Part shown: piece after piece, positions 11,802-24,900 of the stretch | Layout of the letters: every line of letters begins with the position of its first letter | Numbering within the stretch: the first letter of the stretch is position 1 | NCBI RefSeq assembly: GCF_964204645.1 | Contig: NC_134033.1 | Location: 15,570,655 to 15,634,654 of the forward strand | DNA length: 64,000 nt | Reading direction: 5' to 3' | Source: Tubulanus polymorphus | Taxonomy: Eukaryota > Animalia > Nemertea | Position numbers and translations under genes: made by a program | Notes under the pieces: generated by a model | Told to the model about the DNA's origin: nothing | The model's input: the letters and a program-made list of their open reading frames with translations, nothing else | The model's database searches: none

Positions 11802-13334
11802 TTACAATTACATATTTTACCAGGTGACATGTGGATAGCTTCCTTACATCCTTACATTACAGGAAAGTCCATATTAAGAATTTCGCTTCTTGTTACTGGT
11901 TTCATTCATTCACTATCAATTGTGACAAGTCCCTGCGAGTGATCCCTTGATGTGGAATAGAGGATGAATAGGCAGGCCATTTTATTCTCAGTGCCCACGT
12001 CATAAAACTCTGTCACCAGTATTTAAACCATCAATTGGGGGGTTGGAGATAAAGAACCACTGAAAGAAACTCAGTTACTGTCAAGAATACGAATACAAAT
12101 AAACTGCACTAAAGATACAAGACAAACAATTAAATCATTGATTTTCTGTTTAATTAACAAAAAAATTCCTATAATATATAACAAGCTTTATGGTTTATCG
12201 ATACAAAATACTATTTTTTTCGCAATATTCTTTTATCCTTTTAAACATGCTTCCCATGAGATTCTACCACAAACGGGAAAGGGATCTCGTTTATATACAC
12301 TGCAATAACAAACCTAGTATAACTAATTAAGCTAAAAAGAATTGATAACTAGTTTCTCCTTTCTGCTTAGGTTAAAAGTTGACCCGGCTGGCCGCCTATC
12401 TATCCTGTACATTTCTTTATTTCAAACCATGATTAATTTTACCATAACAGACCCAGCAGCTGTAGAAATAAACTGATTACAAATTCTATTATATTTTACA
12501 AAATGACCCGGCCGCTACGGAGAAACAAGGTATCATTTTTGTTTAGCCTAATAAACCTAGTATAACTCTGTGGTAACCATAATTAGGATTTGAATATTTG
12601 AGACGGATTTTAACATCGACGAATGTTTGAAACACTCACAAATACAAGGGTCAATCAAAATACAAAGTCGACAGTAGCAACAAGTTTTACAAAATCACAA
12701 ATAATCATCGTCACAAATCTAAAATTGATTAAATGATCTACAATGAATGAATATATCTATATAAACATTACTATCAAATGCAACTTATAAATTTCATGGT
12801 TCCTTATATAATAGAATATTGTGGATCAATTTCCACAGTTGTCCGTTTAACTGTTTGAGTCAAGATTAGTTAATTATATCCAATTCATGTAATAGTTTCA
12901 GGCTCAAATTTGAACTGCGGAACAGGGTTCAGATGATTGCGAATTGAAGCCAAATGCAAGTCGAAACCTCTCACTCAGATCTACTGGGCTCAGTTGCAAT
13001 TTATGTCCAAAAGTGGTCTTTAATCTTGAAACCGGTCTTAAGTTGTAAGATTGGCTACCGAACAAAAATGACTGGTTTTACATTAGATTGGTTATCTAAC
13101 ACAAATAAGCTTAACTAGTCACAAGTTGTTAGATTGACTGGCATAGAACCAAAATCAGCTTAGACTGGTCTTAAAAGTTGTTTGATTGTTTTTTTGAACA
13201 CAAATGAGCTTAGACTGCTCTGAAGTTGTCAGATTGGTTATAGAACCAAAATGAGCTTAGACTGGACTTAAATTTAAGCCATGAGTGTGCTAAACCACTA
13301 AACCACATGCCAGTCCTGAACCAATGTACACGTT

Positions 13335-16300
13335 TTAGTGATTGGAAGTTGTGTGGGACGTCAGTAGCCGTTTCGGAATATTACTGACGCAACAATGGAT
13401 GCGTTTCATCATCGTCGAGTCAGCGCGGTTACGAATAGACGGTTTGTGCTTCCAACGCGACGTACCGTCGGCGGCCGAATTATCCAAATAGTAATAGCCG
13501 GTAACACCGGGGGAGCCACTCTCTCCGCTGATCATATACAATGTGTTATTATACTTCACTACACCTAGAAATATAAAGTAAAACATGTTCGACAAACTTC
13601 ATTCAATGTCGGCGATCTATGATTCGACATGTTTGCACTGATGTCTCATTCTTATACAACTTGCACCTCGCCACATTGGGGGGAGGGGTTTTCGACAAAC
13701 TCAGACAAAAACGAAATAATCTACCAATTGCCTAATGGTATTTTAGAATTGTTTTCTCTGAATTATTTCATACCAGCCCCATTTTAACCCTTTCAGTGCT
13801 GACTAATCAATACCCTATAGTGCTGGAGTTAATTTGAAAATTTTGAAAAATTCAACCCTAGTGTGTTGAATAATGGGAATACCGCTATAGTGCATCTACA
13901 CCGCAGCGCGGTGCATCGTTAGTTACTAGTATTTCACTTCACAGTCTTTCAATAGAGATATAAACTAATTACTAATTGAAAATCAATACACCGCAGTGAG
14001 GTGTACTAGCAAAATCCATCACCGATTCATACACCGCACTGCGGTGTATACGCACTGAAAGGGTTAATGAGCAGTTGATGTTATAACAGTTTATTCTGAC
14101 AGTTTCGAATTAATCAGTGATTACAACATAAGCGGCTACTAGTTGCTTTGGCTTTATCATAAGCAATTGGCCCCTTATTTTTAACATGTTATTTTTGTTC
14201 TCTGATGATGAAGTTTAGTCAAAACTGTCAGAATAAATTGTTAAATCATTAACTGTGGGTTTTGCTCATTGACTCTGAAATACCGAGATTACTGAGATTA
14301 ATATCGGTATTTCAGAGTCCCAATGTGTCTGAATAAGGTGTGGTCTTCTGGACCCAGTTCCACAGTTGTGAGTTAGAGTTAAATCTGAGCTAAAGTTGGT
14401 TCATTTTCAGTGATTTAACCCAAAGTTAAATCTTAACTCGGGACTGTGGAACTGGACCCTGCTGATGATTGAACATTATTTATACCGATGACAATGACAT
14501 AATAACTGTTTGTAATCAACCAACTCTAAATGCAGGCGTAAAACCAACAGTGGAGATAATTGCTCAGCGTTAAGGATTTCTTACCCGTGGCACCCATGGG
14601 TTGGGGTAACTCTGGACCGAAGCTCCACGATTCATCAGCAGGGTCGAATACTTCGATTTCCTTCAAATAATCCGAACCGTTTTCATTCCAAGATTTCTTG
14701 CCTCCTGAAAAAAATTGATCGAACTTGCGACATTTTGCTCCAAATCAACGGAGTTTCAAGCAATATTTTTAAAGCATTTTCTGTTTAAAAGGAATTTTCA
14801 AGAAATTCAAGGAGTCGTAGGGACCATGTAGTCACACTAAATGTTGGTTCAGCTGCCGGGATTTTATCCTTACCGCAGATATATATCTTATCCTGAAACA
14901 CGACGGCCGCCGTCAAAATACGACCACTTTTCATCGACGGCAACTTCGTCCAAACATCGAATGCGGGGTCATAGCTGGAAATAAAAAATACCGATTCATT
15001 CTGAAATCGCGGTTTACGAATTGAAATACCCTGAACTCTGTCTACCTAATACCTCTAATTGTAGCAGTTTTGAAAAGAAGTAATTTGATGACCACAAAAG
15101 CAGTTCAAGAGATATCAATATTTTTGGGAGGTGATTATTCAACAAATAGAGTAGAATCTACTCTCAAATATTCGTAGTCATCTCAAGTATTCAACCGTCA
15201 CAATGAAGTCCAACTCACCAGTAAGCGGTATTCATAACTTGCGGTCCGATTTCAAAGCTGTTCGTGTTTTTCGCGACTCCTCCGAATATGTAGAGTTTTC
15301 CTTTGAAGCTGACTCCGGCCATACACGCGAGGCCGACGGGCAGACAGGCGACTCTCGACCACGTGTCGCTCATTGGGTCGTATTTCTCGACGTAATTGTG
15401 AATGGTCGTTACATTGATGCCTCCGATCGCATACATAAACCTTTAAACAACGTAAATATAAAGCTTTAAACAGCGCACGTAATCAGAAAGTTCACATCAA
15501 TCTCGAAAAACAAGCAGCATGATATGACTGAGTAGTGGTCTGAAGCCATTAGCTTTAGAACTGAAATTTACTTAGTCTGGTCTCTAAGCCATTAGAATGG
15601 TTATGGAACCAAAATGATTCTAAACTGGTCTAAAGTTGTTAGATTCCTCATAGAACCAAAATGGGCTTAGACTGGACTTAAGTTGTTAGATTGGCTATGG
15701 AACCAAAATGAGTCTAAACTGGTCTAAAGTTGTTAGATTGGCTACAGAACCAAAATAGGCTTAAACTGGTCGTAAGTTGTTAGATTGGTTATAGAACTAA
15801 AATGATCTTAGACAGGTCTTAAGGTGTTAGATTGGTTATAGAACCAAAATAGGCTTAGACTGGTTTTGCTCGATTATCGAACTAACATAGAGTTTTAAGA
15901 CTGGTCTTAAGTTTTTTGATAGCATACAGATCTTAAATCTATGCCTTAAAAACTTTGATCTGTCCGTTATTTCTTATGTGATTTCCCTCCGTCCTTAGAC
16001 GAGATGTAAGATGTAATTTCGTTACCCCCCCCCCCACTGAGGCAGAACCGACAGACATACCGATCTACGACTACGAGATTGAAGAATGATCGTGGATCTT
16101 TCATGCGTTTCTTCTTCGTGATCGTGCCGGTCATCGAATTGAACGCGTAAACGTGTCGCGAGTCGGTGTTCGAAGGCGCCACCTGGTGCGCGGAGTCGTT
16201 ACTACGACACGTTCGTCCGCCGGCGATATACACCTCGTTATTCATCAGAGCGCAACCTGAAAAAAAAAACACGAAACAATCTGTGAAAACACGAAACGAA

Positions 16301-17862
16301 AAAACCTAAAACATGAAACATGAAAAAATAACCCAAAAACATGAAACATATTGTGATACACAGGGTGGAAACTTTCCAACCATTTACAAATCCAGAGTTT
16401 GCCCTGATTTATCCATGTTATAACACAATATGTTCAAAATGGTTCGATGTTTCTTTTTCCCAATGGGGAGAGACCAGTGAAGAACCTTCGACGAAAAAAC
16501 TCTGTTTGAACCCATAAACCCTGGATTAACGAGACCAGTGGCTTAAACCACTCGGCCACTGCGCCTCTCCACTGAGCCATCATATTAACAATGAGAAACC
16601 ATGGTTATAACTGACAAATTTCGAAATGTTCTGAGGGTCTATAATTTTGCTTCCACATCTATGAAACCAACAGTAGAACACTTACCGGGCATTTTAACGG
16701 TGTCCGGGAGCTGACCGAGAACGTGAGACGTCAATTGTCCGTTGCTGCCGAGCGTTAACAACGTTATATTCTGAACGCGTTCGCGACTCGTAGAGGGCGC
16801 TGTATGCGCCGGCATGCGACTGCCGTACATACCGACGGTGATGATACCGTGCGCGAACTGCATCCCGCGTCGCGGCATCAGATTCAGATCGCTCTCGTGT
16901 CGCCGATTCGGCAGCATGTTGAACGTGCGAACGCTCGCGATCAGCGGCGCGACTCTGTCGTCGTCCGAGAGCAATGCGTTCGTTTCGATCTTATCGTGCA
17001 GATAATACGAGTCGAGCAGCGCGAGTCGCACGTTCGCGAACACGGCGTAGACATTTGCGCGGCGCACGTCCAAACTGTGGTCGATCCATTTCAACGCGGC
17101 GCGAACGACGAACTCCTCGCTCGGGACGTTCAACGCGTCGGACGCGAGCGTTTCGAGCAGCAGGTCAACGGGCATTTCGGCGAACTCGGTCGTGTTCGAA
17201 ATCGCGACGAAATTCGAACAGATCTGCGTCCAACAACGCGTCGCCAAGGTGACGCACAAGTGCGCCTTCGCGAATACGAACATCTCGACGCAGTTACCGA
17301 GGGAAACGTGTCGCACCATGAAATCCTCGCAGATCCGTTTCAGTCCGTCCATTTGTAGCAAGTTGGCCGCCGATAACAAGTCCTGCACGTTATCCGTCGT
17401 GTAGCAACACCAGCCGCCGTATACGTACTCGAGTACGAGGTCGAGCGTGTCCTCGCTCATCGCCATGGTGATGACGCGTTCGCGCGACTCGAGGAAGTCA
17501 TGCGAGAACATCGCGCGGAAAAACGGACTGCTGACGATCAACACGATCTTGTGACACGGGAACTCGCGATCGCCAGCTTTCAATACGACGTCGGTGAACT
17601 CTTTCGAGTCGTACAGTTCGAACAGTCCGTTGAGTAACGCCGTCGATCGATGGCGGTCGTACTCGTGGTCGGGCGCGCGGTCGTCGTCGCCGTCGACAAT
17701 ACTGACCGATTGGTTCGCCTGCGCGAGCACGCGTCGATGAGACTGCAGGTTGTCGCCGTCGGTTGCCATGGCGGCGAGCGGCTGCGCGGGTCGGTGTCTG
17801 TTGTAGAGATGGCCGAATGGAAGACTGAGTTGGGATGAAGTGTCGCTATTATTGTCGGACAT
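13335..17862 (-). CDS. kelch-like BTB-BACK-Kelch protein (CUL3 adaptor family), ~681 aa
   Basis: Exons 17862-16686, 16256-16061, 15440-15219, 14974-14874, 14704-14585 and 13564-13335 join in phase (1,2,2,1,1). BTB: FTDVVLKAGDREFPCHKIVL...SPFFRAMF. BACK: NCVEMFVFAKAH...SEEFVVRAALKWI. Kelch repeats: VYIAGG, MYAIGG...VEKYDPMSDTW, LYIFGG, CYDPAFDVW, IYICGG, LYMISG. A probable non-coding first exon ends at a GTGAGT donor near 18548. Paralog not determinable. Confidence 0.9.
13788..14063. mobile_element. piggyBac-like MITE, copy 1
   Basis: TTAA|CCCTTTCAGTGC...GCACTGAAAGGG|TTAA; second copy at 50623-50849. Confidence 0.85.
15560..15920. repeat. AGACTGGTCTTAAGTTGTTAGATTGG-family tandem repeat (~52-bp units)
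   Basis: Same family as 13020-13280, 30595-30860, 31372-33155, 34230-34630, 39950-40070, 48550-48685 and 60200-60450. Confidence 0.75.
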
Positions 17863-18039
17863 CGAGATGAATCCGAGCGGATTGATCTGTCGAAAAATAA
17901 ATAGTAAACAGGAATTGAACTCACAGCAAGTGATTAACGGATCAACGACACAGGAATTAGTAAAATTAAAATTAGTACTACGCTTCACTGATTATGAGCT
18001 GGGCCCTGAGCCTGAGATCAATCTAAGTACTTGGACTTG

Positions 18040-18280
18040 GAGCGGTGGGGCCCAGTAGCGATCTACTACGATCTGGGAAGCCAGGTTGTGGGTTCGAGCC
18101 TCGTACATTGCCGTAGTGTCCTCGGGCAAGACACTTTTCTTCATTGCCTCTCTCCATCCAGGAGTAGATGGGTACCTGGTCTGATAGATGACTCCTGAGC
18201 GCTTGTAAGCAGCTCGGTGTTATTACTTGGTCAGAGGAATTCGCTACAAAATAGCGCACGAAAAATACATTAAAATTAAA
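18040..18280 (+). mobile_element. tRNA-derived SINE with a CORE-like central domain
   Basis: B box GGGTTCGAGCC followed by GTGTCCTCGGGCAAGACACTTT...CATTGCCTCTCTCCATCCAGGAGTA..ATGGGTACC, a central motif typical of metazoan SINE superfamilies, and an A-rich tail. Confidence 0.55.
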
Positions 18281-18548
18281 TTTGGAAGGATTTCTTCATC
18301 CAAAGAAGGACTTAGAGTCAAAAAGAAGGACAAAGATGATGTAAGCCCAAATATTTTCTAAAAGATGGACAAAGTCAAAGATTGAAGGAAGGACTTGGTT
18401 GGGCCCTTCGTCGTTCGTCGTTGGGGATGGACCGCTGAAAACCCTGCAATAATGTGTTGACCGTCCGAATGTGATTTCATTGACATGGAAGCATTCACAG
18501 ATCACGTCCCACACTTCCTTTTATCTTATCACCTTTAAAAAACTCACA

Positions 18549-18982
18549 TTATTTATGTAGAAATATTCAAGTATTCTGCCGCGGTCATCGCGACTTAATC
18601 AGACGCCATATTGGTTCGCAGTCTATTGGAACCAATTCAATTCAATTCAGTTTACTCCTAGACTGGTTGCCGGTCTCTTGACCGCGAATGCAGGTGGCGC
18701 AGAATTAGACAGGCGACCAGTCTAGTTTACTCTGCCAAACCCTGGCAAGCGAGGATGTAAACAATCGGGACACGAATAACAAATTGGACAAACTAGCCCT
18801 TAATTCGTTGCTATTTTACTATTCGTATCATTTTGATATTTTTTCGTGTAGTTGCATACAGTTTAGATAATTTTTTGCCGCTTATTTTTTTTACATTTTG
18901 AGTCCGGCGGCGCCGTCCGATTTCGAGTCCAGGATTCTAAATCCCCGAAACTATTTCAGATTCTCGGCTCAAATGATCGAAA
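18549..18982. promoter_or_regulatory. bidirectional promoter between the kelch gene (-) and KDM6A (+)
   Basis: Divergent first exons lie less than 450 bp apart. YY1-like CGCCATATT at ~18604, ATTGG/CCAAT boxes 18610-18636, and a CpG-containing segment at 18900-18930. Confidence 0.6.
18659..18724. mobile_element. small TAGACTGGT...ACCAGTCTA TIR element (copy 2) in the promoter
   Basis: Homologous to 6038-6113; flanked by a duplicated GTTTACTC. Confidence 0.6.
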
Positions 18983-21900
18983 ATGCGACAAATAGCGAAG
19001 CTGGAAAACGCTGGCAAACAGCCGTCGCCTGTAGTAGAGGAATGTGTGATTAGCGTTGAAGGAGGACTAACCGCTGAACAGACGAAATTAATTCTAGAAT
19101 TAGACAGGTCAGTCCGACGGTTTAGTTTTGCTATTTACCGAAATATACCGGCCTAGGCGAAGTCGTCGTTTTCTACACTGTTAGATGATGTCAGATGTGC
19201 AGAACTTAAATCGGTTGTTTGTTACTGTAGTATTGTCACTTGTTGAAGTGATAAAAAAAGTTTCCCTTCCTTGAGTGAGTGGACTTTTTCGAATGTAGGT
19301 TACGTCCACGAGAAAGAATGAATGGGATACCATCTTTTACTGGCACCTCTTAGACTAGATTGCGCAACAAATCAATAGATTATTTGTAGTGAAATTCAGT
19401 TTTTTTTCTACAAAATTGCATTTGTTGATATCCTACTGGACACTAGTGGATCCTCGCTTGTCTCAATCAAGTGGAATCCTCTATTGCTGCGGTAGTCGAT
19501 AACCTACTGCACACTAGTGACACCTGGTGGATCCTAACTTGCTACAAATAGAATCCATTGCTGTGGTAGTTGAATAATATTGCACACTAGTGACACCTAG
19601 TGGCCTAGTGGTTCCTCACTTGCCACAGTTGACTGCGAAGTCCTGATTTTTTAATTTCAATTATTTTCAGCCGTCAGTTTGGTTTTATAAAACTGGAAGA
19701 TGGCAAAGAAACAACGAAGAAAGAATTGCTTGAAAAGGTGAGAGGCCGACCTTCTTATTAGGGGGCAGAAAACCCTATTGTTTATATGATTATTCCCTGA
19801 TTATCATTACGACACATTTTTTGCTTTTCTGGACACTTTTTACTGGAAATGAATAGTTTTTCTCACATCATCGCTATTTCCAACAAAATCAATAGATTAT
19901 CCAAGAAAATCAACATATCCTCACGATACTTCAATTGTATTCTGACAAAGACATCTTTTAAAGTGACCGCCTGAGGCCAGTTGTTGAAAAATTAGAGTTT
20001 CCAGCAGATAGTTGACATAGTGACAATTAAAAGTTCATTGTTTCTATGGTATTTATCCACTGGTTATCTTAAACCAAATTTTCAGTAGTTGCAGCCCCTG
20101 GAATTCAGATTTCTAAAGTTCAATATTTATTTGTTTTTTTTTTTTTTTCGTAGGCAATCAAACATTTCGAGGAGATATTGATCGCGAGTCAGAAAGAACG
20201 AGAGGCTGAGGAGATGGAGAAAAAACGGAATAAAACCGAGGTCGCTGCCGAGACCTCGAAAACTGAGGATAATGGACAACAACCGCAGGTGGCGCCACCT
20301 AGTGAGCCGGCGGAGAAAACGAAACAATGCGATAAAACGGACGCTGCGAGGACGGATGATGACGACGAAGAGGATACATCGGAACGGGAAAAACTGAGGA
20401 GGAAAATGGAAGGTCGTATTTACTGTTGTCTCGGTCATCTTCATTTACTGATGGGAAATTATATTAGAGGTAAGAATGATTTCATGATTATGGATAAAAT
20501 TGACTTCAGTTCCACAGTTCAGGACTGGTTCCACAATTCTGGACCAAGTTCCACAGTTCAGGATTCAGTTCCACAGTTCAGGACTGGTTCCACAATTCTG
20601 GACCAAGTTCCACAGTTCAGGATTCATGCCACAGTTCAGGACTGGTTCCACAGTTCCTGACCCAGTTCTACAGTTCAGGATCCAGTTCCACCGTTCAGGA
20701 CTTGGTTCCACAGTCTAGGACTCAGTTCCATAGGTCTGTGCTCAGTTCCACAGTTCTGGACCCTGTTCCACAGTTCTGGATCCAGTTCCACAGTTCAGGA
20801 TCTAGTTCCACTTAGCTTAGGCTTAAAGGTTTAACTTGTTTTGAATTTACGTGTAAGAGCCCTCAGTAGGAAGTGGATTAGATTGTCACAATCATCAATA
20901 TTAAGATATATCTATATCGATATGGTATAAAGGATTTATATGTATTTTTGATGGATTTGGAAATAGGAACACGTGGGGAAAATATGGGTGTAGAGAATGG
21001 GGGGGAGTTGGGTGAAATTGGAGAGTGAGAGGGAGGGAAATAGTGAGAAATGTAAGAGGGACAGAGTAAAGAAAGATGAATAAGTGAGAGGGAGGGAAAT
21101 AGTGAGAAATGTAAGAGGGACAGAGTAAAGAAAGATGAATAAGTGAGAGGGAGGGAAATAGTGAGAAATGTAAGAGGGACAGAGTAAAGAAAGATGGATA
21201 CGAGAGGCGAGTGAGAGTAAGAGAAAGAGGAGGAGTCAGTGAGAGAGTTGGATAAGGATAAGATGTGAGAGAGAAAGGGAGAGGAGAGTGAGAGAGATAG
21301 CAGTGAGAGAAACGTTGAGGAGAGAGCGAAAAAGAGAAAGATGATTATTAAGACAGGTGGAGATTGAGTAGAGGGAAAGAGGTGGACAAGAACGATGGGA
21401 AGAGAGGGAGAGAGAAAGAGAGAGAGAGAGAGGTTGGGGAGTGGGAAAAATAGAAAGATAATTGAGACAGACGTGGAGATTGAGTAGAGTGAGAGAGGCG
21501 GATAAGATGAGAGAGAGGAGGTAGAGAGAGGAGAGAGAGGTTGAGGAGTGAGAAAAATAGAAAGATGATTGAGACAGACGTGGAGATTGAGTAGAGTGAG
21601 AGAGGCGGATAAGGTGGGAGAGAGGAGGTAGAGAGAGGAGAGAGAGGTTGAGGAGTGAGAAAAAGAGAAAGATGAGTAAGACAAGTGGAGAGTGAGAAGA
21701 GTAGGAGTTGGGGATAAGATGGGAGAGAGGAGGTAGAGAGAGGAGAGAGGGAGTAGGTAAAGGAGAGAGAGGAGGTAGAGGAGAGAGAGGAGGTAGAGAG
21801 CTAGTAGTTGTAGGTTAAATGTGTGATGACAGACGGCTGAGTAAACATTAAGTAACAAACGCACGACGCGGACGCGCTGTCACACACACACGTGGGTGTT

Positions 21901-24900
21901 CTACAAACACTGACGACACGCTGTGATCGTAGTAAATATTACTATTGACGTCATAACTGTATCTGATACTACCACTATGCACCTGCGGCAGCAGCAGCAG
22001 CAGTGGCACCAGATAGTAGTCGTGGTTACGTCAGGTCTGCGCTGTATTACATTATAACCCCGAAGCTCCGTGTGCTTGTCGCGCGCGGGTACTTTTTTAT
22101 TGACGTCACCGACGCGATGCGTTTTGTCGTCACGTTTCTATTTCGAGTGGAGATGAATTTCCGATCGAAATTTTTTTACCCGGAAATAAATTAATTTTTT
22201 TACCGAATGATGGTGATGATGATGATGACGGGTATAGTAGGCGACTAGTGAATAGTTGTTTACCGAGCGAGCGATCAGTGAGGGGTGGGGAGAGAGGGTG
22301 TGTCATGAAACGGTTATTTATTCGCGATATGTCCCTATTAGGCAACAACCGATGCGCGTGGATGGCGTATAATTTACCGGTTCTGTTCTGAGTATTCATT
22401 CGCGCGGTCGTCGGTCGTAAAAGGTTGAAGAATTAAGCGACGATTGTTTCTTGAAAATTCTCCTTATTTATTACGGTTGATTCGGTTGAGTTCTACCAGA
22501 CACAACATCAATACCGCACGCAGTAAGAGACAGACACAACACTGTAGAACCTCGTTACAACAAACTTCAGGAGACCTGAATAATCTGTTCGTTATAACTG
22601 ATAGTTCTTTATACAATGGAACCTAGGTACAACAAACTTCAGGAGACCTGAAAAATCTGTTCGTTTTAACTGATAGTTCTATATACAGCGGAACCTCGTT
22701 ACAACGAACTTCAGGAGACCTGAAAATCTGTTTGTTATAACTGTATGGTTCGTTATAGGCCTATTCAGTACTTTTATGAAATTATCAAAATTGTCCTATT
22801 TGGGATGAAAAATTCTAGGTTTGTAAAAACGGATAAATCGTTATATCCAAGGGCGTTGTAACGAGGTTCTGCTGTAATTCACCAATTAGAATTTCGAAGA
22901 TTAAATTTCGATCTTAAGATTGAATTTTAAAAATTTTCAATTTCTCTTCAAGTAATTTCCAATGTGAAATTATATTTCTCAGTATTAGATAACGATATTA
23001 AATGTTTCCAATTTTGTCTCGACGTCGGGGAATTCAATCTCAGTCGAAAACAATTGTTTGGTTTTTAGAATGCCATTTTCGAATATAATTTCATGAATTC
23101 CGGGTGCTGGGAAATTACCGACTATCGTTACTCGTGATAAACGTTTGTTTTTACTTCCCTGATATCAGTTTGTATTCGATATTTCAGCGTTGTACGCTTA
23201 CCAGAAGTTCTACAAGTTAGAGTCCGATCACTGGAAGGTGAGTTCCTCAGCGTTGCGGCTACATAGGCTACCTGGTAATCGGGGAATTTTCTTTTCTTTT
23301 AAAAGTCAGGGAATTGTCTTTTCTTTAAAAATAAGTCGGGAATTGTCTTTTTTTCCAAGTCGGGGAATTTTCTAGAAAAAAAGCTACAAATCAGTGAAAA
23401 GTCAGTGGAATTTATTGAGATCCCCGGTAAAGTCAGAGAATAGTCTAGGAATTTTGTAGAATAGTTATAAATCTAGGAAAAGTCTAGAGAATTTAATTTT
23501 TTTTTTAAAGAGGGTCTCTAAGTTTCTAAAACAGATGATCAGTTGAATCTAGAAAGATTGTGCCTAGAATCGGACAGTTTTTTTCTCGATGTCTTAAGTA
23601 TTTGCCTGTGTAAATTGGATTGGATTCGTTGTCAGGGAATACAACTTACGTAAATACATGTCAGGGGGCAGTAAAATAAAATGTCAAACAATTTCTCAGT
23701 GATGTTGAATTAATTTTGTTTTTTTGTTTTTCATTTTAGGATATTAATTTTCTTTACGGAGTTGGTTTGGTTTACTATCACTACAACGCGTTTCCCTGGT
23801 AAGTCGCAACAGTTTCTTTCATCGTCTAGATTTCCATCTCAGTCTCAGCATTTCGCGACCACAAATAGAACGGAATAATTCGGAAAATTCATGTTAGTCG
23901 TTGTTTTCAGTCGGACATTTTCAAAAAATAGATATATTAGAATAGATTTTAATTACACAAGAAATACTGATTTGATTTACATAGAAATATGAAAGATTTA
24001 ATTGAGGGTCTTATTGTTGATTACTGATTAATTTGAACAGAAATATGAAAGATGTTACTGAGGGTCTTACTGTTGATTACTGATTAATTTGAACATTTTC
24101 TTTCACATTTCAATGAAATGTTACTGAAAAAACTCAATTTGTTACTGATATCACTTTATTGAGGTTGACAGCTTCAACTATTGGAGGCTTAAAGGGTATT
24201 CACAATTAATTACAAAACCAGAAAATTAAAGCATATTTTAAAAAAAAACATGACAGATGTTATTTACATTATTACGCTGTATCTACAATATTTATATACT
24301 ATCGAAGGGTTCTATAAACACTAAGACGTATTTAGATAAATTTAGCCGGTTCTAAAATTGGATCTATAAATACACCCGAAGTACGTGAAATGGTTTTTAA
24401 ATTCGAGTAGTTTTCATCGAATTCAGTTCATGAGTGTACTCTAGGAGGTGGCTCCCTCTACCGGTTGATATTGTAACTATCGATCAGCAGTAGTGTGTGT
24501 AGAGCCGGTGTTTGTGTATGTGTGTGCTGAGGTGAGGAGTGAGAGAGAGAGAGAGAGAGAGGGGAGAAGAGAGAGAAGGTATTGTGTTTGTGTTCAGTGT
24601 TTATTTGGCACGGTGCCTACGCCGGGTGCACGTGTGTATTAGTAAGGGCAGGAGACGAGAGAGAAAGTGTTTTGGAAACGGTTTCGGGGGGGATATACTA
24701 GTTATTTACGAGCGCGAACAGATCGACAGCCGGACGCCGCGATATTTGTCACTTACCAGAGAGGAATAGCTCGGGAATAGCGCGTTGTATTATTGATTAC
24801 TCTCGAACACACACAGTGTATACAGTGTATATTACAGTGTAGAGACTACTCTGCACACATGAACTCATAGACTTACCACCGGTGTAGAAATTAATTAATT

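Noticed and set aside
16505-16566. tRNA gene on the minus strand (also 640-705 and ~5895-5912)
   Set aside because: Only degenerate A/B boxes with no acceptor stem or cloverleaf; more likely SINE heads.
16804-17838. Overlapping and antisense ORFs in the kelch exon
   Set aside because: Shadow frames of a GC-rich coding exon.
16639-17988. ORF-track start and end as the kelch gene boundaries
   Set aside because: The ORF reads into introns at both ends. The acceptor is at ~17887, the Met at 17862 and the donor at 16685.
20878-21864. 328-aa L/S-rich ORF
   Set aside because: Translation of a GA/CT low-complexity tract antisense within a KDM6A intron.
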